From Opitutia bacterium (lineage in GTDB: Bacteria > Verrucomicrobiota > Verrucomicrobiia > Opitutales > UBA953): DNA of 64,000 nucleotides. Numbering within the stretch: position 1 is the stretch's first letter; each line of letters opens with the position of its first letter. Where the stretch lies: assembly GCA_003569165.1 (NCBI GenBank), contig BGOI01000005.1, positions 9,560 through 73,559 on the forward strand, in the 5' to 3' direction. Made by a program: the position numbers and the translations under genes. Under the pieces are notes generated by a model that did no database searches, had not been told where the DNA came from, and saw only the letters and a program-made list of their open reading frames with translations. Below, piece by piece: positions 39,340-48,470 of the stretch.

Positions 39340-40629
39340 ATGATCCATAGTCGCGCCATGCTGCTCCCCCTGCTTCTACTGGCTGCGATTCCGCCGACGA
39401 TTTCCGAAGAGGCGAAGGTCCCGCCGTATACGTTGCCCGATCCGCTCTTGTGTGCCGATGGACGCAAGGTGACCGACGCGAAGACCTGGAACGAGGTCCG
39501 TCGTCCAGAGGTCTTCCGCCTCGTTGAGGAGAACATGTTCGGCCGCACGCCGGATACCTCGAAGTTGCAGGCTGACGCCGTGGTCGAAGTTCGCGAGCAG
39601 TCCAAGGACGCCTTTGGCGGCAAGGCCACACGCACGCAGTTCAGGGTTTGGCCGATCGGCAAGAAAGGCCCGTCATTCGATATGTTGCTCTATGTACCCA
39701 ACGCGGCGAAGCGTCCGGCTCCAGTCTTCGTTGGGCTTAATTTCGGCAGCAATCATACCACCACGGAAGACCCTGCGGTCTTTGTCGCTTCGAGCTGGGT
39801 CTCCAAGCAGTGGGCATTAAAAGGGACCACGCAGGCGGATTCAGCCTTACGCGGTGGGCAGGCCCGTCGCTGGGAATTCGAGATGCTCATCGATCGCGGC
39901 TACGCTTCGGCGACGGTCTATTACGGTGATTTCGAGCCCGACCATCCTGAGGGCTGGAAGAATGGTTACCGCGCGGCAATCTCGTCTGACGGCGTCAACA
40001 CGCAGTGGAAGGATGGTGAATGGGGTGCGATTGGCTGCTGGGCGTGGGGTCTGTCCCGCATGCTCGACGTCCTTGAGAAAGTCCCCTCCGTCGATGCTAA
40101 GAGGGCCGCTGTGCACGGCCACTCGCGCCTTGGTAAGGCCTCGCTCTGGGCCGGTGCCCAGGATCAACGCTTTGCTTTCGTGATCTCTAACAACTCTGGT
40201 TGCGGCGGCGCCGCGCTCAATAAGCGCATCTTCGGTGAGACCGTCGGGGTGATTTCGGGCCATTACAAAGGCCGCGGTTTCCCGCATTGGTTCACCGCGC
40301 GCTTCGAGACTTTCTCGGAGAAGGAAGACCAGCTGCCGCTCGACGCGCATTACCTGCTCGCGCTTGCCGCGCCGCGTCCGCTTTACGTCGCCAGCGCTTC
40401 GGAAGACAGCTGGGCTGATCCCTTCGGCGAGTTCCTCGGTGCCGTGCACGCCGATCCTGTCTATCAGGTGCTCGGCCAGCCTGGCCTCGGCACCAAGGAA
40501 TACCCGCCCGTCAGCAAGCCCGTTGGAAAGACCATCGGTTACCATATCCGCCCGGGTGCGCACGATATCCTCCTCGAGGACTGGAAGAACTACGCTGATT
40601 TCGCCGACCGCGTGATGCCAGCGAAGTAA
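39340..40629 (+). CDS. CE15 glucuronoyl esterase (4-O-methyl-glucuronoyl methylesterase)
   Basis: Signal peptide MIHSRAMLLPLLLLAA. Catalytic serine motif GHSRLGKA. WAWGLSRMLD. Overall layout as in bacterial CE15 enzymes. Confidence 0.75.
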   Translation: MIHSRAMLLPLLLLAAIPPTISEEAKVPPYTLPDPLLCADGRKVTDAKTWNEVRRPEVFRLVEENMFGRTPDTSKLQADAVVEVREQSKDAFGGKATRTQFRVWPIGKKGPSFDMLLYVPNAAKRPAPVFVGLNFGSNHTTTEDPAVFVASSWVSKQWALKGTTQADSALRGGQARRWEFEMLIDRGYASATVYYGDFEPDHPEGWKNGYRAAISSDGVNTQWKDGEWGAIGCWAWGLSRMLDVLEKVPSVDAKRAAVHGHSRLGKASLWAGAQDQRFAFVISNNSGCGGAALNKRIFGETVGVISGHYKGRGFPHWFTARFETFSEKEDQLPLDAHYLLALAAPRPLYVASASEDSWADPFGEFLGAVHADPVYQVLGQPGLGTKEYPPVSKPVGKTIGYHIRPGAHDILLEDWKNYADFADRVMPAK

Positions 40630-40697
40630 GCCGTCGCTGTCGCGGCGTTTCGGGAAGGGTTGACTAACCCACGATTAGGGGGATTTTAGAACCTCAC

Positions 40698-40772
40698 GCT
40701 CCTGTATTTCAATGGATAGAATGCTAGCCTCCGAAGCCGGCGATTTGGGTTCGACTCCCAACGGGAGCACCA
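40698..40772 (+). tRNA. tRNA-Arg (anticodon CCG), CCA encoded
   Basis: GCTCCTG-TA-TTTC-AATGGATA-GAAT-G-CTAGC-CTCCGAA-GCCGG-CGAT-TTGGG-TTCGACT-CCCAA-CGGGAGC-A-CCA. One A:C mismatch in the anticodon stem. Confidence 0.8.
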
Positions 40773-40796
40773 CTTTACGCGAACCAGTTCGCGAGG

Positions 40797-40974
40797 GATA
40801 GGGACAGGGGTAGGGTTGGGTAATATTGGTAGGGTCGAGCATCCCTGCTCGACCGCGGCCGACCAAGGATGGTCGGCCCTACCTCGAGATAGAACGCAAA
40901 GGGAGACTGGGGACCGGATGATTGGCTGGGGTGCATGGCCGCAGCATTCTTTCCGGTTTCCGGTCTCCCTTTGC
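40797..40974. repeat. Composite repeat block: G, A1, B inverted pair
   Basis: GGGATAGGGACAGGGGTAGGGTTGGG-TAATATTGG (40797-40829). A1 at 40829-40882. GCAAAGGGAGACTGGGGACCGGA ... TTTCCGGTTTCCGGTCTCCCTTTGC (40896-40974) abutting the MFS stop. Confidence 0.85.
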
Positions 40975-40975
40975 T

Positions 40976-42244
40976 TTAATTAACGGACGTTTCCTGCTCC
41001 TGCTCACCCGTCACCTTACTACCGACGGTGAGCATGACGATGAAGCCGATGATCGCATAGCAGATCGAGGAGCCGAGCAGCACGTTACGCAGCTCGAAGA
41101 GATCCGTCATCACGCCCATGATGATCGCGGCGAAAGGCAGGAAGCCAAAGAAGCTTAGGCCAGCGACGGCCGACACGCGGCCGCGCAGTTCGGCGGGCGA
41201 ACGTTCTTGTACGATGGTGTTGGCCAGGCCGACAAGCGTCGAGACGCCGACCGCAAGGCAGACGAGCGAGACACCCGCCCAGATCAGTTCGTGCGACTGG
41301 CTGAGGCTGACGAGCGCACCGCAGGCGAGGACCATGCCGATGAGAATGGCGATGCGGCGCAGACTAGGGCGCAGGGCCATGATGAGGAGCGAGCCGGACA
41401 CCGAGCCAAGGCCGGAGCAAAGCATCAAGAGGCCCATCTGCTCCGGCGTGGCGTGGAGGTCGTTCTTCGCGTAGAGTGGCAGCAGGACGATGATGACCGG
41501 GAAGACGAAGAGGGTATTGGTGGCGAGGAGCGCGACCATCGCGAGGCTGGGCTTGTCCTGACGGACATGGCGGAAGCCTTCGCCCGCGCCGCCTTGGCGC
41601 TTCTGTTCTTCCTCGACGGTGCCCTGCGGTCGTCTGGGCAAAGTAGCCAGTGCGCCCATCAGCGCCAAGAAAGAGGCTGCGTTCAGATAGAAGGCCCATT
41701 CGGCGCCGTAGCGACCGACGAGATAGCCCGCGGCGGCCGGGCCGACAAGCCGGGTGGCGTGGAAGACTGCGCGGTCGACCGAGATGGCTTTAGCAACGTT
41801 TTCCTTGGCGACGAGTTCGGGGACGATCGCCGCGGCGGCGGGCATCTCGAAAGAACTGGAGACGCCCAGCAGGGCTGCGGCGACGATGAGATGCCAGGTG
41901 TGCAAAGACCCGTGGGCAATGAGCTGACCAATCGCGAGGGCGAAACCAATCTGCGCGATCTGGCAGACTTGCAGGATGAACCGTTTGTCGTGACGATCGG
42001 CACACGCCCCGCCGAAGCGGAAGAGTGCCAGCATGACGAGACCGCTCGCGAGGTGCGGCGCCGCCTGCAGCAATCCTTCGTAGTTTTGTAATCCATCGCG
42101 GACCACGACTTCGGTCATCACCCAGCCGAGTGCCATGCCCTGCATCCAGGTGCCTGTCATGGAGATCCCTTCGCCGACCATGTAGCGCGTGAACGGCCCG
42201 TTCGGGAAACGTTCAGCGGTAGGACTGGTGGAGGGGGAGGACAT
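40976..42244 (-). CDS. MFS transporter (EntS/MFS_3-like)
   Basis: ATG 42244 (MSSPSTSPTAERFPNGPFTRYMVGEGISMTGTWMQ). About 12 TM helices. The upstream 35 aa of the ORF-track model lie in repeat sequence. Confidence 0.75.
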   Translation of the reverse strand: MSSPSTSPTAERFPNGPFTRYMVGEGISMTGTWMQGMALGWVMTEVVVRDGLQNYEGLLQAAPHLASGLVMLALFRFGGACADRHDKRFILQVCQIAQIGFALAIGQLIAHGSLHTWHLIVAAALLGVSSSFEMPAAAAIVPELVAKENVAKAISVDRAVFHATRLVGPAAAGYLVGRYGAEWAFYLNAASFLALMGALATLPRRPQGTVEEEQKRQGGAGEGFRHVRQDKPSLAMVALLATNTLFVFPVIIVLLPLYAKNDLHATPEQMGLLMLCSGLGSVSGSLLIMALRPSLRRIAILIGMVLACGALVSLSQSHELIWAGVSLVCLAVGVSTLVGLANTIVQERSPAELRGRVSAVAGLSFFGFLPFAAIIMGVMTDLFELRNVLLGSSICYAIIGFIVMLTVGSKVTGEQEQETSVN

Positions 42245-42306
42245 CGGTCGGCAAAATTGAGGACATTGGCTTAAAGAGCAAAGGGAATGGTGTTGGTTTG
42301 CTGCGA

Positions 42307-42523
42307 GGTGGTAGCGGTTGGCGGTTGTGTAAGGTGAAAGGCCAGGCACTGCCTCGGAAAATTCAGGTGGCGGGTGGCAGCCCCGGGTGGCGGGTGGCAG
42401 GCCGTTGCGAGGCGCGATGCAGTCGCCTCAAACGGTTCTATGTCGTGACGCGGTCCCGACCCTACCCATCCAATGCAGGCTTCTAGGCTAGGTTTTCATC
42501 CTAGCCGCCAACCGCTATCCGCT
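42307..42523. repeat. Composite repeat block: inverted H, E, A2-like hairpin, inverted A3, H
   Basis: GGTGGTAGCGGTTGGCGGTTG (42307-42327). GGTGGCGGGTGGCAGCCCCGGGTGGCGGGTGGCAGG (42365-42400). GAGGCGCGATGCAGTCGCCTC (42408-42429). CTATGTCGTGACGCGGTCCCGACCCTACCC (42439-42467). GCCGCCAACCGCTATCCGC (42506-42523). Confidence 0.85.
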
Positions 42524-42524
42524 A

Positions 42525-43232
42525 TTACCTTTTATATGCCGCTTCGGTCGCCTTCCAGGCGGCGTCGACGGCGGGCTTCAGCACGGAGGCGATGGCCTTG
42601 TAGCCTTCGACGTCGGGGTGGAGGTTATCCTTGAGGTAGCTGCCGGGCTTGCCCTCTCCGTTCGGCAGGTTGAGCGCGACGTTGATGTCCACGTACCAGA
42701 GATTTTTTCCTTCCTTCACGATTTGTTCGAGCTGGCGGTTATACTCGTCGAGCAGAGGCCATTTGGCTTTGCGTGAAGGGGCGCGGGTGGTGGCCACGAA
42801 GACCACGGCACAATCAGGGTTCTCCTTGCGTAGGCGCGCGAGGTATTCGCGGATGCGCGCAATGGGTGCTTCGGCCGGGTCGCCGGAATTGATATCGTTA
42901 CCGCCGCACTGGAAGACGACGACGCGCGGATGGTAAGGCAGCGTGATGCGGTCCATATAGCCGAGGACCTCGGTCGTGAAGGAGCCTCCGAAGCCGCGGT
43001 TGATCACCGGGTAGGGCTTCATCTCCTCGCCGACGTTCTTCCACATGCGCAGGGTGCTGGCGCCGGTGAAGAGCAGGGCATGCTGAGGCGGCGGGTTGGC
43101 CTTATCGGCGGCTTCGAAGGCGGCGATGTCCTTGGCCATGCGCAGCGGCTGCTGGGCTAGGGGAATGTGGGGTTTGGCGACGTCGGCCGCGAAGGCGGAA
43201 ACGGCGAGAAGGCAGGCGAGGAGGGCTTTCAT
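42525..43232 (-). CDS. SGNH/GDSL-type hydrolase, secreted
   Basis: ATG 43232 gives MKALLACLLAVSAFA. LLFTGASTLRMW, NRGFGG and FQCGGNDINSG blocks. The long N-terminal extension in the ORF track is translated repeat DNA. Confidence 0.7.
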   Translation of the reverse strand: MKALLACLLAVSAFAADVAKPHIPLAQQPLRMAKDIAAFEAADKANPPPQHALLFTGASTLRMWKNVGEEMKPYPVINRGFGGSFTTEVLGYMDRITLPYHPRVVVFQCGGNDINSGDPAEAPIARIREYLARLRKENPDCAVVFVATTRAPSRKAKWPLLDEYNRQLEQIVKEGKNLWYVDINVALNLPNGEGKPGSYLKDNLHPDVEGYKAIASVLKPAVDAAWKATEAAYKR

Positions 43233-43239
43233 TTTGAAA

Positions 43240-43485
43240 GGGGTAGGGGTGGGGGTAGGGGTAGGAAAAGACAGGGAGGGGAGGAGGGCAAGGTAATGGA
43301 GGGCACGAGGGCCGGAGGACAGGAGGACACGAGTGCCGGAGGACACGATGACACGAGTGCCAGAAATTGTCGGATAAAACAGGTCAGTGGTCGGAAATCG
43401 TGAACCTTCACATCCGCGTTCTCTGGCCCTCGTGGCATCCGGTCCTCGTGCCCTCGCTTGACTAACCGCCAACCGCTATCCGCAG
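43240..43485. repeat. Composite repeat block in a divergent promoter region: G, F, inverted F, H
   Basis: GGGGTAGGGGTGGGGGTAGGGGTAGG (43240-43265). GGAGGGCACGAGGGCCGGAGGACAGGAGGACACGAGTGCCGGAGGACACGATGACACGAGTGCC (43273-43362). TCTGGCCCTCGTGGCATCCGGTCCTCGTGCCCTCGC (43419-43456). CCGCCAACCGCTATCCGC (43463-43485). Confidence 0.85.
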
Positions 43486-43553
43486 ACACCGTTCGTGGCT
43501 TTTGGCTTTCCTCTGTCATCTGTCATCGGTCATCTTCATCTATCTTCCCACCC

Positions 43554-44000
43554 ATGCCCCTCGTTCCTGGTCTCCTCAGTCCCTATGAAGCCGTGCGCGG
43601 CTTCGTGTATCTCCCCCGCCTGGTCTCGAAGATCCGCCTGCACGCGGCCGGTCAGCTGCATGCCGACTTCGTGAATAATCTCGGTAAGGCCTTCGACGAC
43701 CGTTGCTGCCAATATCTCGGGATCAAATACGACGAGCTGCGCGTGTGGGTGTTGCAGAATCCCACGGCGACGCAGGACGAGGTCCTCGCGTGGGCCGAAG
43801 CCAAGGGTCGCAAACTTTCCACGAACGAGATCGAAATCTGGAATGGCTTCATGACCAAGCGCGGCTGGCGCGACGAAGCCAACGAAGTGCTCGTGCGTCG
43901 GCTCAAGGAGAACGGTCTCCCCGCCGACGCCGGCGTGGACACGATGTTCGACTACATCGAGGTCGATGAAGGTCGCCCGGCACGAAAAGCGGCGCTTTAA
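43554..44000 (+). CDS. DUF5069-like protein
   Basis: ATG 43554: MPLVPGLLSPYEAVRGFVYLPRLVSKIRLHAAGQLHADF.. 148 aa. The family assignment is from memory only. Confidence 0.5.
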   Translation: MPLVPGLLSPYEAVRGFVYLPRLVSKIRLHAAGQLHADFVNNLGKAFDDRCCQYLGIKYDELRVWVLQNPTATQDEVLAWAEAKGRKLSTNEIEIWNGFMTKRGWRDEANEVLVRRLKENGLPADAGVDTMFDYIEVDEGRPARKAAL

Positions 44001-44177
44001 GGCGGGTTTGTCAGAATAACCTTATAATTAGGGGTTGAGAGGGAGGCGGCCAGCCCAAGGCTGACTCTCCCCTTTTTACGAACCGTATCTTTGCCGATAC
44101 TTCTTCGCTTTGCGTCGCCTTCTCACATCAACGCCCCGTCCGACGGGGAACGGTCTTCGGACCGGGGAGGGACGCGC

Positions 44178-44789
44178 ATGATCCTGTCACTGGTCTTGGC
44201 CCAGGTGGCCGAACAGGCTCCGGCGGTGGCGAAAGCGTCGCCGGCCATCGTGAATAATTTCCAAATCGCTTTACTGGCTTTCAAGTCGGGTGGCTGGATT
44301 GTCGCGCTCATCGGCGCCGCCGCGATGGTCGGTCGTCTGCTTGTCGACGAGGCCGCCGATGCCAGCTGGCAGCGCTCGCTCCGGCACGTCATCGCCGCCG
44401 CGATCTTCGCGGTCATCGCCTATTTCGTCACTTTCCAGTGGGAACTCTCGGCACTGAACAAAGCCATCGTGCAGGGGCTCTGTGGCGCCGTCGCGCCGGA
44501 ACTCGTGGACTGGTTGTCGACGACCATCCGCAAGAAACTCGGTTTCAAGGACAAACAGAAGACGCCTGCCTGGAAGAGCCTTTTCTCGCGCAAGAAGAAA
44601 CCCAAGCGTCGACGTCGTACGACCGCCAAGAAGGCCGCCCCGGCGAAGAAGGCCGCCCCGGCCAAGGCCGCGCCCAAGAAGGGTGCGAAGAAACCTGCCG
44701 CGAAGAAACCCGCCGCCAAGAAAGCACCGGCCGAAAAGAAGCCGCCCGCCAAGAAGCCCGACGACGGTCAGTCCACCCTCAATCTTTAA
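44178..44789 (+). CDS. Membrane protein with a histone-H1-like Lys/Ala/Pro-rich C-terminal tail
   Basis: ATG 44178, 203 aa. 2-3 TM helices (FQIALLAFKSGGWIVALIGAAAMV, VIAAAIFAVIAYFVTF). Tail is KKKPKRRRRTTAKKAAPAKKAAPAKAAPKKGAKKPAAKKPAAKKAPAEKKPPAKKP. Confidence 0.65.
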   Translation: MILSLVLAQVAEQAPAVAKASPAIVNNFQIALLAFKSGGWIVALIGAAAMVGRLLVDEAADASWQRSLRHVIAAAIFAVIAYFVTFQWELSALNKAIVQGLCGAVAPELVDWLSTTIRKKLGFKDKQKTPAWKSLFSRKKKPKRRRRTTAKKAAPAKKAAPAKAAPKKGAKKPAAKKPAAKKAPAEKKPPAKKPDDGQSTLNL

Positions 44790-44801
44790 ACAAAAACCAC
44801 C

Positions 44802-45254
44802 ATGTGTGCCCAGCGTAGCCGCGGTCGATCCGCCAAGAACAACCTCATCCAAGCCGAGATCGGCATCGTCGGCATGGCCGTCGTGACGTTGCTCGTCTCC
44901 CTAGCTGGCCTCTGGTTTAGCCACGAGTTGCGTGACACGACCAAGCGCGTGAAGGACACCACCATCAGTATCCAGTCTTCCTTCGAAGCCTATAAGAGCG
45001 CCATGAAGTCCGCTGATACGGGCGTCGTGCTCTTCACCGACCAAGGCACTAAGTCGGACAATAAGAACGTCGAGGTGACCGCGACCGCGGCGACCAGTGC
45101 CTTGGAAGTCGCCGAACGCGATACCAAGCAGTCCATCAAGTTGCTCGACCAGGTAATTGAACTTCTCGCCACCTATGAGACCGTCACGGTGACCTTCGGC
45201 GCCTCCGCGCTGATCTTCGCGCTCTTCGTGGCCATCCGTCGGTTCCGCATGTAA
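44802..45254 (+). CDS. Hypothetical protein with N- and C-terminal TM helices
   Basis: 150 aa. IGIVGMAVVTLLVSLAGLWF near the N-terminus and FGASALIFALFVAIRRFRM at the C-terminus. Lower GC. Starts 12 nt after the previous gene. Confidence 0.5.
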   Translation: MCAQRSRGRSAKNNLIQAEIGIVGMAVVTLLVSLAGLWFSHELRDTTKRVKDTTISIQSSFEAYKSAMKSADTGVVLFTDQGTKSDNKNVEVTATAATSALEVAERDTKQSIKLLDQVIELLATYETVTVTFGASALIFALFVAIRRFRM

Positions 45255-45266
45255 GCGGAACGTGGC

Positions 45267-46229
45267 TTAGGCGAAGTGCCCGAAGCCGCGGACCTTGATG
45301 GGCTCGCCGTCCGCGACGTCGCGGGCGAGGCCCGTGCCGGCTTCGACAACGCCGATGCGGGTGAGTGGGGTCTTCGGAAAGGCTTTACGGAAATGCGCTT
45401 CGATTAGGTCTGCACGGTCAGCGCTCACGCTGAAAAGCAGTTCGTAGTCCTCACCGTCTTGCAAGGCGTGTTCGAGAGTGGGTTTGCCGTCGGATTTGGC
45501 GAGCACGGCGGCCGCGTCGGCGATGGGTAGATGGGCCACGCTAATCCGCCCGTCGAACTTGGTTCCGAGCAGGCCGGGCAGGTCTTTGGCGAGGCCGTCG
45601 GAGAGGTCGGTGCAGGCGGTGACTTCGCCATGCCCGCAGAGCCATTCGCCTTCGGCGAGGCGCGGGGAGAAATCGAGGTGCTTGCCGTAGAGCGAGCCGC
45701 CGAGCTGGCCGGTGACGAAGAGTACATCACCCGCGGCGCACAGCTTGCGCGTCAGGATGCGATGGGCGAAACCTTGGACGGCGAGTGTGCCGATGAAGGC
45801 GCCGTTGGGCCCGCGGCAAATGTCGCCACCGACGATGCGCAGGCCGGCCTTAGCGGCGGCGCGACCGGCGCCGTGGGCGAAGTCGGTGAGCCAGCTCGCG
45901 TCGACGTCGGCGCCGATTACGAGGGAAAGCAAAGCGTCGGAAGGCACGGCTCCGGCCGCAGCGAGGTCGCTGAGGTTACGGTTTACCAGTTTGGCGCCGG
46001 CGCGGATGCCGTCGCACGCGGCGTCGAAGTGTCGGCCCAGGATCACCGAGTCGATCGTGCTCGCACGGATGGAGCGGCCACCGGTAGTCGGGAGATGCGC
46101 GCAATCGCCACCTGGTCCTTCAGGGAAAGCGGGCGCGGCTTCAGCGAGCGACTGCACCACGCGGCGGATAAGTTCTTCCTCGGTCAGCTTGGCGACCGAA
46201 CGGTCCGCGGCGGTGGTGAGGGCTCCCAT
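45267..46229 (-). CDS. thiL: Thiamine-monophosphate kinase
   Basis: 320 aa. AIR-synthase-related fold with GGDCAHL, DSVILGRHF, LVNRNLSDLAAAGA, IVGGDI. Confidence 0.8.
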   Translation of the reverse strand: MGALTTAADRSVAKLTEEELIRRVVQSLAEAAPAFPEGPGGDCAHLPTTGGRSIRASTIDSVILGRHFDAACDGIRAGAKLVNRNLSDLAAAGAVPSDALLSLVIGADVDASWLTDFAHGAGRAAAKAGLRIVGGDICRGPNGAFIGTLAVQGFAHRILTRKLCAAGDVLFVTGQLGGSLYGKHLDFSPRLAEGEWLCGHGEVTACTDLSDGLAKDLPGLLGTKFDGRISVAHLPIADAAAVLAKSDGKPTLEHALQDGEDYELLFSVSADRADLIEAHFRKAFPKTPLTRIGVVEAGTGLARDVADGEPIKVRGFGHFA

Positions 46230-46233
46230 GGCC

Positions 46234-47169
46234 TCAGAGCGTGGAGGCGTTCGGGGCCAGTTTCAACCAGAGTAAGTTCCAACCGTTGAAACAGCAGTGA
46301 ATCGCCATGCAGGTGATTAGGCCGTAACGGTCGCGGACGAGGCACATGAACGCCCCGAAGGCGAACAAGGGCAGGGCGGCGGAAGGGCTCAGATGCGCAG
46401 CGCTAAAGAGGGCGCCGGTGATGACGATGGCGATCCAGCGGCCGTGACGTTCGGAAACGGCTCCAAGGCGGCGCAGGCCTGGGTAGATCATGCCGCGGAA
46501 GGCGAGTTCTTCCATGATCGGGGCACCAATCGTCACCGCCAACGCGATCGTCAGGAAGCGCCAAGTATCGACGTCGGTCTTTAATACCGCGTCGACGATC
46601 TCCTGAGGTTCGTCGGCGGGTGGCTGGCCGGCCCAACCGCTGAGGAAGAGCTGTTCCCAGGCAACGTGGAAGCCTTTCCAGACGAGCGTGGTGGCGAGGC
46701 CCAGGGCGAAGATGGAGAGTAGTCCGAGCAGGACGCGTGGGACGCTGAAAGAGCGGAGCGCCTGAAGAATGGGCGAGCCATCGGTCTTGGGCTCATCGGT
46801 CTCGACGGAAGGGGCCCAGTCGAGCGTTCGGGGTGCGAGCGCGCCCATGCCGAGCATCGCCAAAGCCGCGGCGAGCTGCCCGCTGAACGCAGCGGTGAAG
46901 ACATGCGCTTGAGAGAAGCCGAAGTGAGTGGAAAAGCTTTGCGCCACCATCTGCGTCACCAAGCCGAAGAGAATGCCAAAGGCGAGCAGGCCGGTGCAAA
47001 GGCCCATGATCGCATCGCTAGCGGAAATCGTCGGCGCTGCGACCTTACCCGGAAGGTCCCGCCAGCACTTCAGGGCATACACGCCGATGAAAGCCGCCAA
47101 GAGACTGACGATCACGCACGCCCAGTCCCAAGGCCCGAAGGCATAGAGGGACTCCGTGAGCTCGTCCAT
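46234..47169 (-). CDS. CPBP family intramembrane glutamic endopeptidase (CAAX protease-like)
   Basis: 311 aa, polytopic. APIMEELAFRG (EExxxR), FSAAHL, HCCFNGWN. Confidence 0.8.
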   Translation of the reverse strand: MDELTESLYAFGPWDWACVIVSLLAAFIGVYALKCWRDLPGKVAAPTISASDAIMGLCTGLLAFGILFGLVTQMVAQSFSTHFGFSQAHVFTAAFSGQLAAALAMLGMGALAPRTLDWAPSVETDEPKTDGSPILQALRSFSVPRVLLGLLSIFALGLATTLVWKGFHVAWEQLFLSGWAGQPPADEPQEIVDAVLKTDVDTWRFLTIALAVTIGAPIMEELAFRGMIYPGLRRLGAVSERHGRWIAIVITGALFSAAHLSPSAALPLFAFGAFMCLVRDRYGLITCMAIHCCFNGWNLLWLKLAPNASTL

Positions 47170-47175
47170 CGTCGC

Positions 47176-48470
47176 TTAGGTGCCGAAGACCTGACGTCCG
47201 CCGACGAACGTCGCGCGGACGCGACCCGTGAGCGCGCGACCGATGAGCGGATTGTTACCGGACTTCGAGAGGAGATCTGCGGCCGCCGGCGTCCAGGCGG
47301 CCTTGGGGTCGAGGAGGACCAGGTCGGCGAGCGCGCCAGCCTTGAGCGTGCCAGCGGAGAGCCCGAGGGCCTTGGCCGGACCGTGCGTCAGGCGGGCGAT
47401 GAGGAGGGGGAGGTCAGCGTGGCCGCCGGCGACAAGCGCCGTGTGGGCGGCCGCGAAAGCCGTCTCGAGCGTCGCGGCACCGAAGGGGGCCAGGTCGAAC
47501 TCGCAGTCCTTCTCGGTGGCCGTGCAGGGCGAGTGGTCGGAGCAAATCGCGTCGATCGTGCCGTCGACCAGTGCGGCGATAAGGGCGAGGCGGTCGGCTT
47601 CTTCGCGGAGAGGCGGGTTCGTCTTCAGGCTCGTGCCGTAGTGGGCCAGCGCGGCGTCGGTGAGGAGCAGGTGCAGGGCGGAGACTTCAGCCGTGACCGC
47701 GAGCTGCTTCGCCTTGGCGCGGCGGACGATGTCGGCGGAGCCGCCGGAGGAAAGGTGCTGCAGGTGGATGCGGGCCTTGGTGAGTTCGGCGAGCAGGCAG
47801 TCGCTCGAGACTACGACTTCTTCGGCGGCGCGGGGTAGGCCGCGGAGGCCGAGACGAAGGGACCAGGCGCCTTCGTGCATCTGGCCGCCTTCGGTCATGC
47901 TGCTGTCCTGGCAATGGTCGAGGACCACCAGGTCGAACATCGCGGCGTATTCCAGCGCGCGACGCATGATCTCGTTGTTCTGGACGCCGGAGGTCGTGTC
48001 GGTGACGGCGACCACGCCGGCCTTCTTCATCGTGCCGAGGGGAGCGAGGGCCTTGCCTTCATGGCCCTTTGTGAGCGTGCCCGTGGGGAGCACGCGCACC
48101 GCGGCGTCGCGCGAGCAGATTTCGCGGAGGAGTTGAATTGTGCCGACGTTGTCCGCCGCGGGGAGCGAGTCGGGCATCGTGACGACAGTGGTGAAACCGC
48201 CGGCGGCGGCCGCGCGGGTGCCGGTGCGAATCGTCTCGCGGGGTGTGAGGCCTGGTTCGCCGAGGCGGCAGTTCAGGTCGACAAAGCCCGGGCGACTACG
48301 AGACCCGTGCCATCGATGATGCGGGCCTTGGCCTGGTCGGCGGAGGAGAGCTGGTCGACGAACTTGCCGTCGAGGGCGAAGACGTCACCTTTGGTTTCAT
48401 CGCGCTTGGCCGAGGGATCGATCACGCGGGCGCCGCGGATCCAGAGAGGGGAGTTGTCGGCGGGGTTCAT
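47176..48470 (-). pseudogene. pyrC: Dihydroorotase, frame interrupted by one missing base
   Basis: ORF 48273-48470 (MNPADNSPLWIRGARVIDPS..IIDGTGLVV) continues in another frame as APGFVDLNCRLGEPGLTPRE..FTTVVTMPDS into ORF 47176-48177 (HLQHLSSG, CSDHSP). Break at run 48287-48292 (GCCCGGGC). 1295+1 nt equals 432 codons. Confidence 0.85.

Noticed and set aside
44178-45254. Holin or phage lysis cassette (small membrane proteins with highly charged C-termini)
   Set aside because: There is no endolysin, spanin, integrase, terminase or other phage gene nearby. The 65-aa KKAAP tail is far longer than holin tails, and the flanking genes are chromosomal housekeeping genes.
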